A stretch of DNA of 64,000 nucleotides, from NCBI GenBank assembly GCA_000320545.1, contig ADNK01002286.1:93261-157260 (forward strand), in the 5' to 3' direction. The notes under the pieces were generated by a model. That model ran no database searches. It saw only the letters and a list, made by a program, of their open reading frames with translations, and was not told where the DNA came from. Positions 1-12,968 of the stretch are shown piece after piece (position 1 is the stretch's first letter; the number at the start of each line of letters is the position of its first letter). This stretch comes from Bigelowiella natans CCMP2755 (Eukaryota > Protista > Cercozoa). The position numbers and the translations under genes are program-made.

Positions 1-560
1 TGAAGCATTCACACGAACGAACTTGGTCTTTTTCTCAGCGTTTCCCAATGTATCTGCTAGATTTTTGCGTTTTTGAGAAGAATTCGATTTAGTTTCAGAG
101 GATTCTTCCACAGGTTTGTTCCCAGGTTTCGATTCCTTGCTAATCTCGGAACATCCATTCTGATGACAAAGATGATGATTCAGCATGTTACATGATGACG
201 ACGACGATGATGATGATGATGACGCATGATATACGTCAGTCCATAGAAAGCGAGAAAATGTTTGCATTGCAGTAGTAGCGACTCTAATTGTCACCTGATC
301 ATCCATCGTGCGCAGAGGAGCACAGGTGGGCGTTACTTTTTGAGAATCAGAGTGAAGTTGCTTTTCCGTTTGTTTTGCGTAAAATGCAGGGTGTTGTTTG
401 TCCTAAATTAGCAGTTAAGCATGGCGTAGGTGAAAAACCGCATGATGAGCAGGAGTCTTTGCTCAATGTCACAAAAATTGCTCAAAATTAGACCTCGCTA
501 GAATTAGCTCGAGGCAGTGCGTTTCGTACTTTGCAATTAAACAAACCAACCGTCGTCAGT

Positions 561-860
561 TGGACACCGTTGATTCATGCAGCCAGCGAAGGCAAGCTAG
601 ATGTTGTGAAGTACCTTGTTGGGATGAAGGCAAACATCGAGAGCAAGGACGAAGGTGGTAGCGGACACCGTTGGTCAATGCAGCCAGCGAAGGCAAGCTA
701 GATGTTGTGAAGTGCCTTGTTGGGATGAAGGCAAACATCGAGAGCAAGGACGAAGATGGTTGGACACCGTTGATTCATGCAGCCAGCGAAGGCAGGCTAG
801 ATGTTGTGAAGTACCTTGTTGGGATGAAGGCAAATGTTGAGGTGAAAAAAAGAAATGGGG
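561..860 (+). repeat. 99-bp tandem coding repeat x3 (ankyrin units)
   Basis: Units start at 561, 662 and 761 and share long identical stretches such as gcagccagcgaaggca and gctagatgttgtgaagt. Confidence 0.95.
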
Positions 861-1105
861 ACACTCCCTGTGACCTCACAACATCTCACGAACTCAAAAT
901 CTTTGTCAAGCAAGCTTGCATTGATCGACGGGTCCAGGTGTTCAACAGAGACTTTAGGGATTTGTACTTCTTAAGCATGGAATTGAAGCGAGGGTTGGGG
1001 GCGGAAGTGGTCGCCACGAATTCGAAAAAATGGACGCACACAGGAGCAGATGCGTGCCATCTGCACGATGGGCGATCTTGGGAGCTTGTTCATGTTGTCC
1101 CGTGA
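561..1105 (+). pseudogene. Ankyrin-repeat protein fragment, frameshifted, no start codon
   Basis: Three near-identical ankyrin units (WTPLIHAASEGKLDVVKYLVGMKANIESKD) plus a terminal GDTPCDL half-repeat. Unit 1 to unit 2 spacing is 101 bp rather than 99 bp (2 extra nt near 660), which breaks the frame. No introns and no upstream ATG. Confidence 0.75.
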
Positions 1106-1323
1106 ACATTGTGAAGAAGCAAATGCAATGTGCAACACACGTGATGTCGTGAAAGATGTGGACCATCGTATCTCCTCTAGAAGTGGTAGCTAGGTAGTGA
1201 TGGCAGACCATGGATGGATGCTAGAGATTCATGCAGGGATGACGTGCTGTCTAGAAAGCAGATGATCAGGCACACATGCATGTGAATTGCTAATTTCAAA
1301 GACATGAAACACATGATAGCAGG

Positions 1324-1342
1324 AAAAAAAAAAAAAAAAAAA
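1324..1342 (+). repeat. A19 tract downstream of the ankyrin ORF (possible retroposed poly(A) tail)
   Basis: 19 consecutive A about 220 bp after the ORF stop. The tract is seen directly; the retroposition origin is inferred. Confidence 0.5.
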
Positions 1343-1895
1343 CATCATGAAATGTTTTGGATGTGCATGTCTAGCCTGTCATTGCAGCTATGTCCTCCGA
1401 GTGACGCCACAAGCTAACTGTCGCCAACGCTAGATGGTGACGGGAGCAGATAGAGCAGCAGCAACGCAGCAGTGAACTCGAACCGCATGGTTGCGCCAAT
1501 GTTCAATAGATTGTGCTTAGATCAAATTATTTGTTCTTGCTTTGATTTTTTTGAACGATTTATTTCACGTCATTTGACATATTCGTAGGCTGTACTGCTA
1601 CCGAAACTTCATGACGTGGAGTCAATTATCACATAAAATACTAATAATATATGCCTAGTCGTTTAAATTTCTAAACTTTGCGGGCTGAACAAAGCCCATC
1701 TGCTGCTCCAGAGGAAAACAGGATGGTGTGTAATTGAGTACTGCATTGCGGGAGGGGAAATTTTTGATGAGTGTAAAACGAAAGGAGGGAAATACTTCGT
1801 ATTTGACTGTTCCATACGTACGTATGATATAATTCCAGTCATCTTTAAAAAGTAGGAAATTGGTAGGTGGTAATTGTGCTGCTGCTGTTGCTGCA

Positions 1896-1930
<35 letters not shown>

Positions 1931-2546
1931 GTTTTCCTCGTTAACAGTGTTTGTAGGAAGAAGTGAAGGAATGGACTGACGCATGGTGAGGAACTACAGC
2001 AAAGTAATTGATCACCTCTTCACATGTGCTTGTTTGTAGTGGAGGTGGTAAGTGGGATGATGAAAGTGGTTTAAGTTAATTCCAGGAAAAGCCGGGATCG
2101 ATGGTATTCAGTGGACTATTACTACCTTCTACTGCGAGTCGATTGATTCATAGATAATGGAGGAGATGGAAAGACCGAAGGTCAAAAAGGATGATGATAA
2201 ATAGACGAGGAGGAAGAAGAGAGGAGAACTATTACTACGACGCTGCTGTATTTCATCAACTGCTACGACTATTCTACCCCTCCCATTACTATTTGAAACT
2301 TGGTGGTGTGCTGCAAAATTTAGACTAGAAAGGCGATGATTCGATGGAAGTATCGGAGAGAAGGCAGAAAATAGTGATTAATTACACTATGCAACCCCTC
2401 CCCCCCCGCCCCCCCTTTCGTGCTTCTCTAACAATTCTTCGCACTCCATATCGTATGCGGAAGACAATGAAGCTTTGTCATACTTCTGGTGCATCCTTTT
2501 CCAAGAGAGGTTTGTGGGCCCCATTGGGGACAATACTAAGTGGTAT

Positions 2547-4666
2547 TTAAGCCGTAGAAATTGCTGCTTGTTTCTTGTTCTTCTTGCCCTTTTTCTTTTG
2601 GTCCGATGTTGGAAGAATATGAGCTTCTAGGGCATCCAGCTGAAACATTTTCTGCATCGTCTCTAGCTTGTATTCCACATGATCAGCAATGTCCTCTGGG
2701 GCACGGAGATGAGCCATAGGACCGTGCAGCAGCTTATTTATGATACCCTTCGTAACTCTGTCTACAGTATCTCGTTCCTTTTGTGATAGCCCGTCAAGAA
2801 TCTTCTGAGCATTCTGCAACTCTTTCTGTCGAATCAATTCACCCTTGTCACGCAGCATCTTAATTGCGGGAACGCACCTCAGAGACTGCTTCCAGCCTTC
2901 AAACTCTCGAATCTCCCCTTCTATTAACTTCTCCGCCTCTTTCACAGCAGCCATACGCTTTTCCTTGTTGGCGTCTATGACCTGCTTGAGGTCGTCCACA
3001 TGATAGGCTGCAACGCCTTCCACGTCTTTCGCGTCGTATCCCACGTTGACTGGTACAGAAATATCAACCAGCATCTTCTTGCTGCCCGAATTGAGGTTTT
3101 CCTTCAGCCCCGCAGCATCGATTAGAGGGTCCGTTGAGAAGGTGGAAGTGAAAACGATATCTGCTTCATTAATCTGATCCCACATCTCATCTAGTGTATG
3201 GAGAGACATCTCTACATCTGGGAACATCTCATCGAGTTTCTCCATACGTTCCCGCCCTCTGTTAACAATATGCAGCGGCTGAGAAGCCTTGGTAGAGGCA
3301 AGGTGCGTCACGAGGAGACGGGTCATCTCCCCGGCACCGATAATGGCAATGCGAGCGTCTTCAAACTTTTTCCCTATATCTTCCTGGATCTTGAGCTCCG
3401 AGAGCTGAGCAGCCGCAGAAGATACCGACACAGCCCCCTTAGAGATTCCAGTCTCTGTGCGGACCCGTTTACCGGTAGAGACGGCGATGTTGAAAAGTTT
3501 GCCCAGAACCTTACCGAAGCTACCCTCAGCGTCGGATCCATGAGCAGCACAGTTTTTCACCTGGCTCAAAATTTGACCCTCTCCTACAACGAGAGAGTCA
3601 AGGCCACTCGATACGGATAGCAGGTGCTTAGTAGCCTCGTAGCCGTCGTGGAAGAAAAGATTAGGACTTAGTTCACTGTCGGTAAGTCCCGACTTTTCCT
3701 TAAGAAAGCTCATCAGCTGCTCGTTAGCAGCCTGTGTGTCGTGCGCTACGTAGTAAACCTCAAAACGGTTGCAAGTAGATAGGATCCCAGCTTCATCAAT
3801 GTTAGGCATCTGGTTGAGCTTTGCTGCCTGCGATTTAATTAATGATGAATGACCGTGAGAGGAGTAGCTACTTTCACTAACTTAAAGTATAAATGACCCA
3901 TCAAAGAAACATCGTTCGGAATGATCATAAGCCTTTCTCATCATCCGTATTCACATTGTTGTCACTCATACTCATGTTAGTTTCTAGTATTATATTTTCA
4001 CCCTCCACCAATAATAATTAAAAGTTGCTCTGAACCTGTGCTTTCCACTCAGCTTCGGGAATAGCTAACTTCTCACGAACACTCATCGGCAGTGTGGTGG
4101 CTCAGCCCAACTACATGTACATTCTGAGTAGAGAGGAGGAAAGACAAACCAAGCCGTATTAAATTTGATGATGATGAAGTTGGTTGTCTTATAAATTTCG
4201 GTTACACCACGGGGTCATATAATCTTACAATAAACGGCTCTAAGATTACTATACTTCTCGCCCTAACTAATATCTATGATAGAATCATAATATAATTGTT
4301 ATTGTGTTGCGCGTGTGGTGAGTAACTACATACCCCAGGAAGCGCAATGCCTGTCACGGGACATTTAGGTGTATCTGCTTGTACAGCTGTTTTCAACAGC
4401 ATGTCGGACATTTCCGATCGAAGTTCGGCTACCCTTATATTTCTCATTTGCCTCCTGCTGCTGCTACTGCTACTGCTACTGCAAACTTTACGGGAGAAGG
4501 GGAAGGGGGCCTTTCCAGATAACGCAGACAAAGCGTGTGTTTTCGATGCTGCGCCTCCCCTTATTGTAGATCTAAGCCTTCTCCAACTTTTGCCCGAACT
4601 AAGAGCAACTATTAGTAACACTGACAGCATAATTGCCGATGCGAACGTCCGTGAAGTACCAGACAT
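2547..4666 (-). CDS. hemA: Glutamyl-tRNA reductase, plastid-targeted (3 exons: 4666-4334, 4123-4036, 3827-2547); apparent 2-nt deletion in exon 2
   Basis: Motifs VVGLSHHTA..VREKLAIPE, LSTCNRFEVY, SGLDSLVVGEGQILSQVK, IIGAGEM, DISVP and NKLLHGP. GT-AG introns. N-terminal hydrophobic signal followed by an S/R-rich transit-like peptide. Confidence 0.95.
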
Positions 4667-5868
4667 CGTAAAATTCGAATGGGGGGGGTGAGATTAAACT
4701 AACAGTTTCTTGTGTTGGAACTTGCGGAAACGCAGTTGATGCGATTTATGGATGAGACGTTGAATTGTCACTCGTACCCTATTCGACTCAGCCAATAAAT
4801 TCGGTGAAAATTAGGGAGTCGAGGTCGGAGGGGGGAGGTGGGGTCTAAATCTCGTTGTTGGTAGGGTTTGGGGTCCACAGCCGAATTCTTTTCAGGGCTT
4901 TGGATTCGCATTTTTCATATCATCCATTTAAGATCCAAGAGAGATTTCATCGGTATCCTATTCATATCTGATCGATATGAAATAAATTATTTAACGATTA
5001 AAAGGCATACAATATTGTTCGAACTAATATTCAAACCGTTACTGACGATTTCTTATCCCTCAATACAAGAGCTGGAATAATTTACGATTCACCACATAAA
5101 AAACCATGTCGTCACATCAACCTTCAGAAATAGTCCTGTATTTCGTACAGTAATGTTAGATGTGTGCGCGAGTTTGGGCTTTACAATACCTTTGTTTACG
5201 GCAGGAGGCAGCATAAGATTTATGTTGGTTAAAACAAGCAATTACAGACGCGAAATTGAATAAATGTAAGTACATTTATTATTGGAGACAAGCTCAAAGT
5301 GTTACTTCCGTTTATTTTTACCATTCTGTGGTTTCCAGACAGCCCATTGTATTATATTAAAAATTGAGAGATTCATGGAGTTTTAGGACGGAAATGCATG
5401 CGCTTTTAGACAAATACGAAAGATACATTTCAGAATCTTGACAGAAATCGCTTGGGTTCCCTGTCAGCTACTCTTTTAGGATCGAATTTAGCCGAGAAGG
5501 AATTCCCCGCTATTTGCAAGCTAATTTCAATTTGACATTCGTTCTCCGTTGCATTTTCTACATTGATCTTTAATTTACCGTTCTTTTTCGTACTCGCAGA
5601 ACACTGTGAGGAAACTCTTATGTGCAGGCCATAGGGAGTTTCAAAACGAAATAGAAATTGAAGTCGCTTCGTCAATTATTACTAGGTTAGGACTTACCGA
5701 ATCACAATCCCGGATTTCGATCAATAACGCTATCGACGACTTCTCATTTATGTTTTCTTCATTTCAATTCAGGATGTTTCATCGTGCCGACTTAGGTAAA
5801 ATTTAATTTTAGGGATGGAACGGAGAACTCCGCTTGTGTTTTTTTCTCTCTCGTTTATTATTGTCTTC

Positions 5869-5910
<42 letters not shown>

Positions 5911-6025
5911 GTTCTTTGTTCGACGTTACATACTCAGATTCGTAAGTTACATCAGAGTAGTAGATCTAGATCTACAGCCCCATACTCGTACAGCCCCCAC
6001 AGCCCACTAATCATTCAGGAGCAAA

Positions 6026-6911
6026 ATGACCGTTGCTGCACCCACGGACTCGAATAATGACAAGGTACGCCTGTAAATCTTGCAATTAGAGCCTTGGATT
6101 TGGTTGAGATGTATATTTGGAATTAACTCTGGCTTGGTGTCTCTTTGCAGGGATCATGCGCCGTCGTGAAATCGGTGAGTTGTAAATTTAAAATCATGAG
6201 TAGTTCCATTATCGTATTTTGGAAGCTTCATTTATTCTATTGGCCAAAAGATCAATGCGCCCGATGAAATGAGGCCGAATGTCCCTGAGCTCAAAGGTGA
6301 AAATGCGAATATTATTTTAACATTGTTTATACATTGTTGTATGTGCTTATTAACATTAATATTATTCATAACAATTCTTCATGCATTACACAATCATCTA
6401 TTTACTTTCTAACTTTCTTTTCCGATTTTTTAAAGGTGGAGTAGAAGGGGCCGTAAAGGTGCGAGATTACCAAAAGTGCCATTTATATAGTGCATAACCA
6501 TACAAGCACAAATATCTGCAGGAATTCGTCTCCAATCTCACAAGGAGAAAAGTAACCTATAATATTATATTGGAGCAGATCGAATTGCCTGAGCTTCCAG
6601 ACAAGAAGGATTTGTCCATGACCTCTGCATGCTGTTGCTGCCTTTGCGTAAGAAGATACATAATCTCTCCTTCCCCTTTTCCTTACACCTTGTCTTCTCC
6701 CAAGTTTCAAGTCAAAGTATCAAATATTTTATCTCGTTGTTACTTCCTTGGTATAGAGTTTATACACATTGTGGCCTGAGTGCTGCGGGCTGGAGATGAA
6801 TGGACAAGTAATACATCTATTGAAACACAAGGGAGGCTTGGGGACATAAGGAGAGATTTACAACTGCAGTTCTTTCAAACGGCCACAAAAAAATGCCACT
6901 AAAATTATATG

Positions 6912-6945
<34 letters not shown>

Positions 6946-7600
6946 GTAATATATATATTAATATATATATATATCAGCATATCAATTTTATATTATTTTA
7001 TGTGTAGATGGTGACATTTATAATGATTATGTAATTACAATATTTTAATTTCAATAAGTAAAAAATGAAGGGGTTGATTCTTTGAATCTCACACTTAGGT
7101 CTGCTGCTGCAATATCAAAGATGCATGCCTCTGTCTTCGATTCAAACAGGTATTCCTCATCCAAAATCACACACTTTTTGATCCATTAACGGTAATCGTG
7201 CTGTTTGGTTGGATATTTATCAGAATGGCTACTCAACATGCTGCCGACATACACAAATGAGTACGGCTGTAAATATGAATTCAGATATGTAATGACATCT
7301 GATACTACTCTATGATTCGAAATTTGTGTGAAATGTGCCTCGAGGGAGATTACCATACTATCTCCATGGTGTGAAACTGATGAATTTTTTTAATCATCCA
7401 CATACTTCCCATTTTTATCTGAATTGCAGTGCACTGCTGCGACAGTCTGGGTGCAGAGTTCAGCATTTGCCACTGCGTCAGCTCGGTCATCGCTTTTCCA
7501 CTAACCACTTATATGAAGAACCCTATTTCACTCGTTTCACTCCTTTTTAAACCAATATTCACATGTATCCGGCGGTACGGGCATTCTTCATGTAGGTATT
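6026..7600 (+). CDS. Small multi-exon cysteine-rich protein of unknown function
   Basis: Short GT-AG exons join to MTVAAPTDSNNDK/GSCAVVKS/.../IELPELPDKKDLSMTSACCCCLC/SLYTLWPECCGLEMNGQ/VCCCNIKDACLCLRFKQ/NGYSTCCRHT/HCCDSLGAEFSICHCVSSVIAFP. The 3' end is uncertain. Confidence 0.6.
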
Positions 7601-7699
7601 GCTACTCTTTTGTGCAAATATCGCGTGCGACTGCAAGGTTAGCTGTGACGAACTCACGTGCGTTCAGGTCAGATAGTACACATTTGCCTAGCTATCGTG

Positions 7700-7707
7700 C
7701 ACACACG

Positions 7708-7746
<39 letters not shown>

Positions 7747-7802
7747 CTTCGATCGGGTGCGGCTGGTACAACATATAACTTATATTGATATGAATATTTA
7801 TG

Positions 7803-7878
<76 letters not shown>
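7700..7878. repeat. Compound microsatellite (CA)n/(TA)n/(TG)n
   Basis: Directly visible dinucleotide runs. Confidence 0.9.
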
Positions 7879-7880
<2 letters not shown>

Positions 7881-9066
7881 GAAACATGTTTTCTATTATT
7901 TATATTAATGTACATATATAACATCTACATGTATAACGCGAGAGGGCAAATGAGAAAGAAGATGAAAGGAGAGAGGTCAATCAACGAGAAGTGGACTTTT
8001 CACCCAAAATACTTCGTTTTGGAGCATATGAAGTGGAATATTAAAAACAATCAAGTGAAATCCTTTAATTACCAGATGGGAATTCACCTTTTATGTTTCG
8101 ACATCCGAATCGCTCTTCCATGCGGAACAAAAGAGGTAGCCGAAATCAAATTAAGTCGTAGCAATTCCCTCACTTCATTATTTCCATGGCTATCTCTCGA
8201 AGATCGTACTTGCCTTCCATGTCCACAGTGATTTGAGGTTAAACATAATCAATAAGGTTCCCACGGCTCTTGCTTGCTGCGGCTGTTTCTGCTACAACGA
8301 GGAGGAAGTCACAGGGCTCTACTAGTCTAGCTAGCTAGAAAGCACATGCACAGCTAGACAGATCGAATCATTGCTCCGAGATGTTCATTGTGATACGCAT
8401 TGTCTACCATCAATTATTCATCAACGCAACGTTCCTCGAAAGTTCGTCGATGTTCAATTGAACAACAAGAGGGGTTAGAGGGCACGCTAGCACGCTTCAC
8501 ATGCTAGCATGCACGCAGGGACTCACTAGCTCATACACTGCTAGACTGCACATTGCACATGCATGTGAAGCACATGTACGCGCTTCTGTTTGCGCCGATC
8601 CTCATACAAGCGAAGTGCAAATCAGGAATAGTCGATGTAAGATGCGATACCTTGCATGTGATGAATTGCTCACGTTCATGCCTTCTGGCTTTGGTCGAAA
8701 TGAATTGTAGCTAGAATAGGGGTTATCCATTTTGCATGCGCGCATCATTCGATCATTCGATCCTGCATGGCAGGCTCCATCATTCACGCTTAAACTTTGG
8801 AGTTAATTTAAAAATACCACAGCATGCACATGTATGGAAGAACAACGTAATTTCTGTGATGTACGGGTAAATGATATTTGTATTGCACCTATCAAAGGCA
8901 TTAGTTTGAAGTTTGGCCCATGATTCACGACACGGACGCACGGAAAATTAAATTTAAATCTAGCAAAAAAGTAGATGCAACCTGGAAACAAAGCAAAGCA
9001 TCCGGATCGGAGGTCTATCTATCATGCAATCAAAGAGGCTCACCATATACTGTTAAAAATGTGTAA

Positions 9067-10645
9067 TTATACAGAGGAAAGTCTTCCCGAGCCAAGTGCC
9101 ACTGGTTCTGGAGGTTGCAATTTTTCATCCTTGCCCTTTCCTTGAGCATTAACTGCATATGCCCGAACAACCTGAGAATAGGAACAAGATAAAATTGATT
9201 TATGGACGGTCATCTCAGCAGTAATTATCTTAGGCAGGATTACCCCCCCGCCAGTATTTTGGGGTGGTGGCCCGTATGGTCGCTTCTTGCAGGTGCATGA
9301 GATTGTAGAACATGTAACAATCGCACATATCTGTTTCAAAGGTGATATTTAGTATAAATGAGAGCTTTCCACGAGTTTGTCGTAAACATTCTTACCGTAG
9401 CAAACCACATATAAATGTACGAGCCACCGAAAGCCGTACGAATAGTAACGGTCGAGCTTTGGCCAGGAGTTAGAACTTGATTTGCCAAGCTATCACCAAA
9501 GGATCTTCCATTATCCTAATCAAGTTATCGTATTGTTTCTGAGGAAATATGACATACATGTGATCTAATTTATTTCTTAAAAGCTTACCTCCACTTCGTT
9601 TCGGCATGATGCAGCTAACCCAAGGCTTTAGATAAAATAGCGTACATAAGAAAAGGTTTACAAAGATAATTAAAAAACAGACCATAATATTCCACAGAAG
9701 ATCATACCACCAGCTATAGATGCGCTGGTTACTTTCACCTTGAAACTCAGATGGTCTTAAAAATATAAAGATTACGTTTTACTCTTTAAAATATATGAAT
9801 GACGACAATACCATCTTGGAGATTTCGAATCATGAATGCAAAGAAGGCAAGGGATCCAAAGAAAGCAACCAGGCTAAAAAAGACTAAAGAATGCAATGAG
9901 GTAATTAAAATTAAAATTGATTCATATTCGCAAATTTATTCAGAATCTTATACCTAAGGCACCGCCAGCACTCTGACATTCATCGCAAAAGTCTTTAGTA
10001 CAAAGCAGATGCATCATCGGAAATGTTGGATTCCGAAACATGTGAAATACTTGACACCTCCATCACAATCATCGTCATTATAGCCAATTGTATCTGGTTC
10101 AAATAATTGCCTTCCATCGAAAAGGCTTCCAGGTGCATCAACATCAGAACTTTCGATCTGAGAATTGGTTACATTATAAAACTGTCAAAGGTGCTACTGT
10201 TGTTCAATGTAATAGCATTTCCATTTGTTTTTTGTACATGTCATTATATTTACGTCCGCCAACGTACTCTGAAGTCTGTAGCGAAGTAAGACGAACGAAC
10301 TTCAAGTACAGAAGTGTCTAAGTTTTCAAGAATAATTTTCTGCGAGATCCATCTGAATGAATCCTTGTCATCTGGATTTCCAACTGAACTTCCTTTAAAA
10401 AGAACACTAGCGTTTCAAATGCTCGTGGAGTACCTTCTTATTTCGATATTTAATGATGCTCTTCTCTATATAGAGTATACAACATTACATTATCCCTCAC
10501 CTCCAAGTGCGAGGACAAAGAATAGGATCCCAATAGCATTGAAGACGAATGCTACGTTCTTTGCCGTCCTGAAGCCACAACAACACATTGTTTCTGTTCG
10601 CTTTCAATAAGATCTGAACACGGAATAATTCACCGGAACCTCGAC
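9067..10645 (-). CDS. Four-TM claudin/PMP22-superfamily-like membrane protein, about 11 short exons
   Basis: Spliced path TAKNVAFVFNAIGILFFVLALG...SFRW...DDDCDGDFCDECQSAGGALVFFSLVAFFGSLAFFAFMIR...SIAGGMIFCGILCLGLAASC...AFGGSYIYMWFATICAIVTCSTI...GRLSSV*. TM1-loop(W, C..C)-TM2-TM3-loop-TM4 layout. Start exon not resolved. Confidence 0.6.
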
Positions 10646-11368
10646 TACAAAATATAGGAGTATTACTCAGCATTGGCTTGAGAAAATGATGTCGTATGTG
10701 TAAATATGCCTCGGAGCTGAACTATGTGTGGAGAGACTTCCTTCATAGAGAAGATATTTAAGTTTGTGTGGCAGTGCAATTCGTAGTACATGAAAGCAAG
10801 AGATTCTCTTCAAAAGAAGGAGATCTTCCCTCCGCGACTTCATATTATCCAGATGTCTCATGCAGCACAAATGGGAGGGAAAGCAAGGAGACTTAAAAGT
10901 TGGATATTGCAAAATTCGAAGTCGCACAGTATTATTACATTAACATCTTAAATATCAAGAGTATTGAGATTTATCTCTTTATTGACATAAAATTTGTGCT
11001 TTCGGATAGAAAATCCCATCCTTTCCCCGTAAACGCCTCGGGTCGAGCTCCGCACACGGTGCGAATTTTAAGTAGATCTATCGGATAAGAAAGGGTGTGA
11101 ATATGCAGAAACGCTTTCTAAGTATGGGTAGCGACAGACGAACTGACAGAATATTGCCAGTAAAACTCCTTTACCCACACATTTCCCGTGAATGTACCGA
11201 GAAAGGGAAGTCGGAGTGCTGCCTAAAAGTCACGAAAACGGCTCCACAACGTACAGAGGAGGGGAGGTGGAGGGAGTCAACCATGGAGAAGAGAGAAAGG
11301 GAAAGAGAAATAGAGAAGAATAGAACTAAACAGAAGAACATGTGAGCTAAAAACTGCTGTTCGTACAG

Positions 11369-12930
11369 ATGGAAAGCACAAGAAGAGAGTGGATAATAAG
11401 CAATTTGATCAAGGTACAGAAAACCTGCGGACATCGCGCTCTCTAATATCCTAATTGTGTTGGATCGAGTTAATTTTTATTCATGATTATAATGGAATCT
11501 CCTATCTATTTACAATATATCAGCTGGTCATTTTATTTGGTCATTTTGGAATCGTGACGATGTTCCTAGCCACTCCTTGCTCGCAGACGTGGAAAAGAAC
11601 CCTCCACTTTGGATGCATATTGTACGTGATGCAATGAACTCAATGAACAGTTGTGACATCCATGCAATGCAATCAGTATCCTGAGTCCATTGTCTACGAA
11701 CAACCATTTGTCAAATAATGTTGGTCAGATCGAGCCTGCTTCTTATAGTTCTCTTTCTTTGGATCATCACGGAACAAATTGATTGGGAAGTCTATGCGGT
11801 GCTACTTATCTCGAGTGCCTGTATACAGCTTGCGATGGTGTTACAAACTTAATATATTTTGTTCAAATTTGATGATAAATTTTCGATACTCAATTTTGCC
11901 TTGTTGGTTTGCGCAGGGCGCTTTAATACTGGATTCCGCATTGATGGCGTTATACAATATAGCAGTTTTCCACACAAAGGTGAAACAACATTGTTTTGTT
12001 ATCACTAAATATATTGTTTTTCTTTTTTAATACACAACTCACTCATACTGTACAATTATAAGGAGGGACAATTAAGAAATACACAGCTGAACGTAAGAAG
12101 TTTTTATCCTTTTACTAACCGCAACAGATAACTAATCAATTACTACGCACATAAATATTGGGGAAGTTCCGAGAAACAATTCAAAGTAACTTTCGACATA
12201 ACAATAGATGCGGCCGCTGGCAAATGTACTGACAACATTTGCATTCCTTCTAATAATTGGAAATATCGTTGCATTGGTAAGCAGAAAATTACATTCGTTG
12301 TAGTCATAGAACTGATATTTTTGAGATATTTCAGGCCGGTCTTCTCATTACGAACGAGGTTCGGTGGAATGCCTTCAGGCTACTAATTGCAAGCCCATTA
12401 TTTCTCGCAGGTAAAAATTCCATTTTCCACTCGGAGTTTATCTTATGTTTCTTCTCTATGTCCACAGGAGGAATTATCGCTGCAGCTTCCTTATCCCGGT
12501 ATCAAATACAAAACTGTGTGTTCAGTAAGAAACCACTGTATTCTTTTTTGTGATGATTTTGTGAATCTCACATTGATATCATGGATGCTTCTATTGACAC
12601 CGTGAATTGGCATGTGACACTGTTCCAAGATTACTGCTCATTGTGAAAGAGTCTCATGATCAAATCAAAGAATCTACTAGTAATCAATCCTGATATAATT
12701 TGCAAAATTATGCATTACTGTTTTATGAGGTATTGAATGTTACAGGTGGTCCTCTCAGTCGTTCTAATCTCAAACAAAAAGCAAATTGGGTAGATACGCA
12801 CGCAATAAGAATCTAAATAGAAAATAAGCTAAATATTAACATTCCCTTCTCTCTTACCCTTATTCGCCGCGATATATCAATGCTACAAAATAATGATTTC
12901 TTTACTTGCAACACCCCCCCCCCCCCCCCC

Positions 12931-12968
<38 letters not shown>

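Noticed and set aside
561-860. Regularly spaced repeats as a CRISPR array
   Set aside because: The units are contiguous 99-bp ankyrin-coding repeats with no unique spacers, in a eukaryotic context.
1655-1984. 109-aa ORF with poly-Ser
   Set aside because: No motif and no convincing splice partners. May be hemA 3' flank or an unresolved exon.
3198-3620. Antisense ORFs over hemA, the 58-61 kb gene and gag
   Set aside because: Shadow ORFs of real coding strands.
5430-5806. Short ORFs in the divergent region upstream of hemA
   Set aside because: No similarity or splice structure. Probably promoter DNA.
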